Program-made: the position numbers and the translations under genes
Shown: positions 57,932 to 64,000 of the stretch, piece after piece
Position numbering within the stretch: position 1 is the stretch's first letter
Layout: each line of letters begins with the position of its first letter
Assembly: GCA_965217185.1 (NCBI GenBank)
Contig: OZ244252.1
Span: 3,680,001-3,744,000 of the forward strand
Reading direction: 5' to 3'
Length of the DNA: 64,000 bases
Source: an uncultured Candidatus Entotheonella sp.
Lineage (GTDB): Bacteria; Tectomicrobia; Entotheonellia; Entotheonellales; Entotheonellaceae
Notes under the pieces: model-generated
The model's input: the letters and a program-made list of their open reading frames with translations, nothing else
What the model was told of the DNA's origin: nothing
The model's database searches: none

Positions 57932-58473
57932 ATGCAGGAACAAAACAACAGCCAAGGCGCCCGCGGCGTGGCGTTCGGCATTGCCGCCATGGCGGTGGTT
58001 GTGACGGCCTCGAACATTCTGGTGCAATATCCGATCAACGACTGGCTGACGTGGGCCGCGCTGTCGTACCCGTTCGCGTTTTGGTCACCGATCTGACGAA
58101 CCGGCGTCTGGGGCCGGGCAGTGCGCGGCGCGTGGTGTGGGTCGGCTTTGCGTTCGCGGTGGTGCTCTCCGCCTGACTGGCGACGCCGCGTATTGCCGGG
58201 GCGTCGGGGAGCGCCTTTCTGGTCGGTCAACTCGCCGACGTGTGGATGTTCGACCGGCTGCGGCATTTGAAGTGGTGGCAGGCGCCGCTGGTGTCGTCGT
58301 CGCTGGGGTCGATCCTGGACACGGCGCTGTTCTTCTCGCTGGCCTTTGCCGGAACCGGCTTGCCGTGGACCACGTGGGCGCTGGGCGATCTGGCAGTGAA
58401 GGCGGTGTTCGCGGCGCTGCTGCTGATCCCGTTCCGGCTGTTGCTGGGTTTGACCCGGCCAGCGGCGGTGTAA
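57932..58473 (+). pseudogene. Queuosine precursor transporter (VUT/YhhQ), disrupted
   Basis: ASNILVQYP, YPFAF / LVTDL, AFLVGQLADV, DTALFF; frameshift near 58080 and TGA at 58174-58176. Confidence 0.82.
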
Positions 58474-58505
58474 GCTTGGGGCTTGGGTCATCTGAGGAGG
58501 ACGTG

Positions 58506-59249
58506 ATGGACGCCGATCTGACGCAGTTCCGCGATTCCATCGAAGACGCCGGCCGCATCGTGTTTTTCACCGGCGCCGGCATCAGCACCGAATCGGGCAT
58601 TCCCGATTTTCGCAGTCCGGGCGGCATTTGGACGCGGTTTCGCCCCATCGACTTCGCGGAGTTCATGGCGTCGCGGGAGGCGCGGCGGGAAGCCTGGCGG
58701 CGCAAGTTCGAGACCGACAAGACACTCAGCATCGCCAAGCCTAACGACGGGCACGCCGCCATCGCCAGGCTGGTGCGGCAGAGTAAGGCGTCGTGCGTCA
58801 TCACCCAGAACATCGACGGGTTGCACCAGGCGTCCGGAGTGCCGGACGAGCAGGTCATCGAGCTGCACGGCAATACGACGTACGCCCACTGCCTCGGCTG
58901 CCGCCAGCGCTATGAGCTTGAGCCCATCCGGGAGCAATTCGAGCGCGACGGCGAGCCGCCGGATTGCCATTGCGGCGGCTACGTCAAGACCGCCACGATC
59001 TCGTTCGGCCAAGCGATGCCGGAGGCGGAGATGGCGCGAGCCGAGGCGGAAACGAACGCCTGCGACCTGTTCGTGGCCGTCGGCTCGTCATTGGTCGTCT
59101 ATCCCGCCGCCGGTTTCCCCGCCCTCGCCAAGCGGCGCGGCGCCCGCTTGGTCATTCTCAACCGCGAGCCGACCGACCTCGACCCCATCGCCGACCTGGT
59201 GCTGCACCGCGAAATCGGCCCGACCTTGGCGAGCGTGACCGGCACCTGA
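58506..59249 (+). CDS. cobB: Sir2 family NAD-dependent deacylase
   Basis: TGAGISTESGIPDFR, TQNIDGLH, ELHG, two Cys pairs, GSSLVVYPAA. Confidence 0.93.
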   Translation: MDADLTQFRDSIEDAGRIVFFTGAGISTESGIPDFRSPGGIWTRFRPIDFAEFMASREARREAWRRKFETDKTLSIAKPNDGHAAIARLVRQSKASCVITQNIDGLHQASGVPDEQVIELHGNTTYAHCLGCRQRYELEPIREQFERDGEPPDCHCGGYVKTATISFGQAMPEAEMARAEAETNACDLFVAVGSSLVVYPAAGFPALAKRRGARLVILNREPTDLDPIADLVLHREIGPTLASVTGT

Positions 59250-59285
59250 CCCGCCGTACCCCTTTTGAACGAAAAGACCGCCCGC

Positions 59286-60215
59286 ATGCCTCACACCTTT
59301 GAGATCATCCCGCGAGCCCCCTACTCGTTCGACCTGACCGCCGGGCGCTTCGGGCGTTTTGCCAGCGAGATCGTCGATCTGCTCGACGGCAAGCAGTATC
59401 GCCGTTTGCTCGTCGCCGGCCGTCAGCTTGCCCTGGCCACGGTGACGGACGTCGGCACCGTCGGCAAGCCACGCCTCGCCGTGGAATTGCGCAGTCCATC
59501 AAAGGCGCCGCTGCAGCGGGAAGTCTTTGAGGCGCAGGTGCGGCACATCCTGTGTACCGATCTCGACCTCAGGCCATTCTATCGCTTGGCGCGCGGCAAC
59601 GACCTGCTGGCGCCGATGGTCACCCGCTTCCGCGGCTTGCGCCTTGCGGCCAGCCCGACGCTGTTCGAGGCGCTGGTCGGCGCGGTGCTGTCGCAGCAGG
59701 TCAACCTCACGTTCGCCTACTCGATCAAGCGGGAACTGGTCGAGCGCTTCGGGCGCAAATGGCGCGTCGGGGGCCACACCTATTGGGCCTTCCCGGAGCC
59801 ACGCCGCTTTGCCGAGCAGAGCGTGGAAGACCTGCGCGCCTTTCGCCTGAGCAACGCCAAGGCCGGTGCGCTCATTCGCCTTGGCGGCGCCTTTACTTCC
59901 GCCACCCCTTTTCCTGCCCCGTCCGGCGAGCTGGATTCGCTGTCCGACGATGATCTCATCGAACGCCTGACCACCCTCAAGGGCATCGGCCGCTGGACCG
60001 CCGAAACCGCCCTGGTGCGCGGCCTCATCCGTCCCGACGTTTTTCCCGCCGGCGACCTTGCAGTCGTCAAATACTTAGCCCAAAGCCTGCTGGGCAAAAC
60101 GGAAAAAGCCTCCGAAGCCGAGATGCGCACCTTTGCCGAAGGTTGGCGCCCCTACCGCGGCCTCGCCCTTGTCTATTGCTACGCCGAGATGGGCCGCCGG
60201 CGCAGCGAGGGTTGA
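59286..60215 (+). CDS. alkA: DNA-3-methyladenine glycosylase II (HhH-GPD)
   Basis: QQV, LKGIGRWTA, FPAGD, WRPYR. Confidence 0.88.
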   Translation: MPHTFEIIPRAPYSFDLTAGRFGRFASEIVDLLDGKQYRRLLVAGRQLALATVTDVGTVGKPRLAVELRSPSKAPLQREVFEAQVRHILCTDLDLRPFYRLARGNDLLAPMVTRFRGLRLAASPTLFEALVGAVLSQQVNLTFAYSIKRELVERFGRKWRVGGHTYWAFPEPRRFAEQSVEDLRAFRLSNAKAGALIRLGGAFTSATPFPAPSGELDSLSDDDLIERLTTLKGIGRWTAETALVRGLIRPDVFPAGDLAVVKYLAQSLLGKTEKASEAEMRTFAEGWRPYRGLALVYCYAEMGRRRSEG

Positions 60216-60343
60216 GGGCGGCTCGGTTGACACTTTCAAGTGGGCTGGTGTCTAATTCGGCGGGCCGAAACCAAGGCTTTGCCAGCGTCAGGACCGCGCC
60301 GGGCGCCGATTCCGTTGGTGTTCATAATGAGAGGGATAACATC

Positions 60344-61438
60344 ATGAAATTCGGTTTCTTCACCATCATTCCGTTCCACGAGGGCGACACCGAGCCGCGG
60401 CTGTTTCACGAAACGCTGGAACGCATCGAGCTGGTGGACCAATTAGGGTTCGACGAGGTGTGGATCGGCGAGCACCACTTCTCGCGGCATGGGCTGGTCT
60501 CGGGGGTCAACACGTGGATGGGCGCGATTGCGGCGCGGACAAAACAGGTGCGCATCGGCACGGCGATTACCATTCTGCCCTTCCACAATCCGATCATGGC
60601 GGCGGAAGAAGCGGCGACGCTGGACATCCTCAGCAACGGGCGGCTCAATTTCGGCATCGGCAGCGGCTATCAGCGGCAGGAGTTCGACGGTCTTGGCGTG
60701 CCGATCAACGAGGCGCGAGAGCGGTTTCACGAATCGCTTGAGGTCATCACGCGCGCCTGGACGGAGGAGCGGCTCACCTTTCACGGCAAATACACGCACG
60801 TGGACGACCTCTGGGTGCTGCCCAAGCCGGTGCAGAAGCCGCACCCGCCGCTGTACATCGCCGTCAGCACCAGTCCGACCAGCGTCGAGTTCGCCGCCAG
60901 CCGCCGCATTCCGATCATCGTCGGCGGCCCCACCGACGTGATGGGGCAGGCGCCGCAGGTGGTCAAGCTGTGGCACGACAAAATGGAAGCGCTCGGCCAC
61001 GAGCACGCCCACATCGACCTGCCGGTGGCCAGCCGAGTGTACGTCGCGCCGACGATGGACGAGGCGCAGGGCGACATCCGGGGGCTTGAGGACTTCCATA
61101 GTCGCGTGATGAGCAGCATCGGCACCACCGGGGCGCCCGTTGGTATGCCGACCGACCGGGACGGCAACCTGCCGCCGGGCTACGAGTTCTGGGCCAACCG
61201 GCAGCGCGACCGCGACCGTTCGGCGGAACCCGGCCAGACCGTCATGCCGCCGCTCATCGGCACGCCGGAGGTGGTCAGCGAGCGTCTGGCGCTGATCGAG
61301 CAGCGCGGCATTCGTCGTGTGTTCGCCCAATTCGGCTTTCCCGGCGTGCCGCACGCTAAGGTCATGCGCGCCCTCGAACTGTTCGGCACGCAGGTGATGC
61401 CGCATTTTCGCACCCAGACGGCCAGCGTGGCCGGGTAG
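60344..61438 (+). CDS. LLM class flavin-dependent oxidoreductase
   Basis: WIGEHH, AEEAATLDILSNGR, PKPVQKPHPP. Confidence 0.92.
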   Translation: MKFGFFTIIPFHEGDTEPRLFHETLERIELVDQLGFDEVWIGEHHFSRHGLVSGVNTWMGAIAARTKQVRIGTAITILPFHNPIMAAEEAATLDILSNGRLNFGIGSGYQRQEFDGLGVPINEARERFHESLEVITRAWTEERLTFHGKYTHVDDLWVLPKPVQKPHPPLYIAVSTSPTSVEFAASRRIPIIVGGPTDVMGQAPQVVKLWHDKMEALGHEHAHIDLPVASRVYVAPTMDEAQGDIRGLEDFHSRVMSSIGTTGAPVGMPTDRDGNLPPGYEFWANRQRDRDRSAEPGQTVMPPLIGTPEVVSERLALIEQRGIRRVFAQFGFPGVPHAKVMRALELFGTQVMPHFRTQTASVAG

Positions 61439-61449
61439 CGGGGCGCCGT

Positions 61450-62319
61450 ATGCAGGTTGTTGCGGACATCGCCGCCGTCCGCCGCGCGCGACAAGTTGAC
61501 CTCTCGGCGACGTGGGGGCTTGTGCCCACCATGGGTTTCCTGCACGAGGGGCACCTCAGCCTGGTGCGCCAAGCCCGCCGCGACAACAGCCGCGTCGGCG
61601 TCAGTATCTTCGTCAACCCCGCCCAGTTCCATAATCCCGACGATCTGGCAACCTACCCGCGCGATCCCGAACGCGATCTTGCTTTGTTGAAACAGGAGGG
61701 GGTGGATCTGGTGTGGACGCCGCTGCCGGACCAGGTTTATCCCGCCGGCTATCAGACCTATATCCACGTGGAAGAAGCGTCTCGTCCGCTGGAGGGCGCC
61801 GCGCGGCCTGGCCATTTTCGCGGCGTCGCCACCGTTGTCGCCAAACTGATGAACGTCTTTCAGCCGCAGCGCGTCTACTTCGGACAGAAGGACGCTCAGC
61901 AGGTGGCGGTCGTCAAGCGCATGGTGGAGGACCTGAATTTCCCGCTCACGGTCGTCAGTTGTCCCACCGTGCGGGAGCCGGACGGCTTGGCCATGAGTTC
62001 GCGCAACGTCCTGCTATCGCCGCAGGCGCGTCCGCACGCCGCCTGCCTGTTTCGCGCCTTGCAGGCCGGCAACGATGCCTTCGGGCAGGGAGAGCGCCAG
62101 GCGGAGCCGCTGCGCGCTGCCATGCGGGCGGTGATTGATGCGACGCCGACGGCGCGTATCGATTACGTCAGCGTTGCCCATCCGGAGACACTGGCGGAGT
62201 TGGACGTCGCGGAGTTGGACGTCGTGGAGGCCGCTGCCCTGCTGTCGTTGGCGGTGTTTGTCGACGAGGTGCGGCTGATCGACAACATCACGGTGGGAGA
62301 GTCGGCTTGTGCCGATTGA
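61450..62319 (+). CDS. panC: Pantoate-beta-alanine ligase
   Basis: VPTMGFLHEGH, FVNP, RPGHFRGV, GQKD, MSSRN, RLIDN. Confidence 0.96.
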   Translation: MQVVADIAAVRRARQVDLSATWGLVPTMGFLHEGHLSLVRQARRDNSRVGVSIFVNPAQFHNPDDLATYPRDPERDLALLKQEGVDLVWTPLPDQVYPAGYQTYIHVEEASRPLEGAARPGHFRGVATVVAKLMNVFQPQRVYFGQKDAQQVAVVKRMVEDLNFPLTVVSCPTVREPDGLAMSSRNVLLSPQARPHAACLFRALQAGNDAFGQGERQAEPLRAAMRAVIDATPTARIDYVSVAHPETLAELDVAELDVVEAAALLSLAVFVDEVRLIDNITVGESACAD

Positions 62320-62323
62320 CGGG

Positions 62324-62953
62324 TCACGATGTCATCGGGCGACGGGACAAATCGAGGGGAGCGGCGTCGCGGGCTTGGGCGAGTTCAAAGCCAGGTCTGG
62401 AAGGCTCCATAAAGGTTATGGCGTCGTAGAAGTCGTCCAACGGCACGAACACGCCGTTGTTTTCAGCCCAGCGGCGCATACGCTGGTTGCAGGCGTGCAC
62501 CCAGGACAGGATCTCGATGCGCCAGTTACGCCGGTGCATCCGTTCCAGTGTGCTGTGAAACCCGGCCCCTTCCAAGTAACCGGCGCCGTCGCCGGTGAGC
62601 AGGACCACAGTGCCGGGGTCGCCGTTGTAATCTAAGGCGTCTTCGAGCATCCGCAATTGCAAGAGGCGGTCGGGCATTTCCTGTTCGCCCCGCTCCCGGC
62701 TGCCGCGATCGAATAATCTGACTTCAATTCCGTTGCTTTCCATCCGATTCCAGAGCTGCCGCATCTCCGGCGGCACCGAGCCCACCGCCAAGGCCCGCTC
62801 AATGGGCCGGTCCGCGTGCGCCAGCCGCAGCATGTTGTCGAAGTGCACCCGGATACGATAGCGTGCATTGGGGCCTTCCGAGCGCTCCTCGGCCAAGCGC
62901 TGCGCCTCGTGGAAGATGTTCGAGTTGTCCCAATATATGAAGACGCGATCCAT
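62324..62953 (-). CDS. NYN domain (PIN-like) protein
   Basis: IYWDNSNI, EQEMPD, LLTGDG, PLDD acidic motifs. Confidence 0.82.
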   Translation of the reverse strand: MDRVFIYWDNSNIFHEAQRLAEERSEGPNARYRIRVHFDNMLRLAHADRPIERALAVGSVPPEMRQLWNRMESNGIEVRLFDRGSRERGEQEMPDRLLQLRMLEDALDYNGDPGTVVLLTGDGAGYLEGAGFHSTLERMHRRNWRIEILSWVHACNQRMRRWAENNGVFVPLDDFYDAITFMEPSRPGFELAQARDAAPLDLSRRPMTS

Positions 62954-62980
62954 GCCGCTTCACCTTCTGGCAAATGAAAC

Positions 62981-63010
62981 GTCGGGTTACGCTTTGCTAA
63001 TCCGACCTAC
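62981..63010 (-). repeat. GTAG REP element
   Basis: gtcgggttacgctttgctaatccgacctac. Confidence 0.78.
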
Positions 63011-63028
63011 AGCTTGATACGAAAATAG

Positions 63029-63889
63029 CTACCGCGACCAGGGATGCGGCAGCCCGGGGATCTTACTGCGCAGCGTGTAAACGGAGGTACGGGCCGTGAA
63101 GAACATCGTCTGCCGGTCAGGGCCACCGAACAGCAGATTTGCCGGGATTTCCGGGGTGCGAATGATGCCCAGCCGGGTGCCGTCGGGGGAGAAAACCCAG
63201 GTGCCGCCCGGACCGGTGCAGTAGACGTTACCTTCTACGTCCACCTTCATGCCGTCCGGCACGCCGTCGGTTTCCACGGACGACATGTCGGCGAACATCT
63301 GCCGACGCGCCATGAGGCCGTCCGACCCGATTTCGATGGCGTGGATGTAGGCGCCCCAGCGCGTATTGGAGACGTACAGGGTCTTCTCGTCCGGCGAAAA
63401 GGCCAAGCCGTTGGGATACTCACAGTCCGCCACCAGGGTCATGGCGCCGTCGGGCGCGATGCGATAAACCCCCGAATAGGGGCACTCGCGGTCTGCAAAG
63501 GGGACGCGCAGGCCGGGGTCGGTGAAATAAATGCTGCCGTCCGAGGCGCACACCACGTCATTGGGCCGGTTCAGGCGCCGGCCCTCATAGCGCTCGGCAA
63601 CGGTCTCGACTTGGCCGTCGGCTGCCATGCGGGTAACCCGGCGGTTGCCGCCTTCGCACATGAGCAGGCGGCCTTGCAGGTCGAACGTCGTGCCGTTGCC
63701 TTCGCCGGTGTTTTCACGCACCGTTTCCGGTGCCTGTCCTGGCACCAGGCGGTGCAGCCGGTTGTTGGGCAGGTCCACAAAGTAGTAAAAGCCGTCGGGA
63801 TGCCAGGTCGGCCCTTCCGTAAAGGCAAATCCCGTGGCCAGCTGCTCGGCTTCCGTCGTTGCCAGAATTCTGCTGAGGGGATCACCCAT
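63029..63889 (-). CDS. SMP-30/gluconolactonase family protein
   Basis: FTEGP, NRPND, PNGLAFSPD, PDGMKVD. Confidence 0.92.
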   Translation of the reverse strand: MGDPLSRILATTEAEQLATGFAFTEGPTWHPDGFYYFVDLPNNRLHRLVPGQAPETVRENTGEGNGTTFDLQGRLLMCEGGNRRVTRMAADGQVETVAERYEGRRLNRPNDVVCASDGSIYFTDPGLRVPFADRECPYSGVYRIAPDGAMTLVADCEYPNGLAFSPDEKTLYVSNTRWGAYIHAIEIGSDGLMARRQMFADMSSVETDGVPDGMKVDVEGNVYCTGPGGTWVFSPDGTRLGIIRTPEIPANLLFGGPDRQTMFFTARTSVYTLRSKIPGLPHPWSR

Positions 63890-63913
63890 GACAAGTCCTC
63901 CTTTCGCTTCGCT

Positions 63914-64000
63914 TTAATCGTCCATCGGCCAGACCGTGCGGATGGGGTCGGAGCCGTCCCAGTCGCGCGCGGCTTCGGCAATGCGCTGAAACATCCGCCC
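63914..64000 (-). CDS. 3' end of a gene cut by the window edge (VOC family-like C-terminus)
   Basis: GRMFQRIAEAARDWDGSDPIRTVWPMDD-stop. Confidence 0.5.
   Translation of the reverse strand, partial: GRMFQRIAEAARDWDGSDPIRTVWPMDD

Noticed and set aside
58174..58176. TGA recoding (Sec/Trp) in the VUT gene
   Set aside because: The gene also has a frameshift, and TGA is an ordinary stop elsewhere in the window

Overview
GC-rich bacterial chromosomal window with no rRNA, tRNA or CRISPR array visible; all family calls are by eye from motifs, with no database searches. Core content: a long-chain acyl-CoA ligase / Liv-type ABC uptake operon, USP, enoyl-CoA hydratase, M16 protease, a heterodimeric ABC exporter, dehydrogenases, His6-type hisA, xseA-xseB-ispA-tlyA, a corrinoid salvage locus (cbiZ-cbiB-cobO, cobalamin riboswitch, btuBFCD), sirtuin, alkA, an LLM oxidoreductase and panC. 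The Liv-type operon is split by a ~6.8 kb decayed accessory island. The island is bracketed by a diverged promoter-like direct repeat and holds IS remnants, toxin-antitoxin modules, an RNase H relic, two broken double-glycine-leader-like peptides and a truncated diversity-generating retroelement (FGE-sulfatase target + Avd). The best candidate for an undescribed system is an apparent operon of three tandem signal-peptide-bearing AHL-lactonase-like metallo-hydrolases followed by a Gld-type ABC module whose GldG and DUF4340 subunits carry His-rich inserts, next to the B12 locus. GTAG-type REP elements and several pseudogenes with apparent microhomology deletions also occur.
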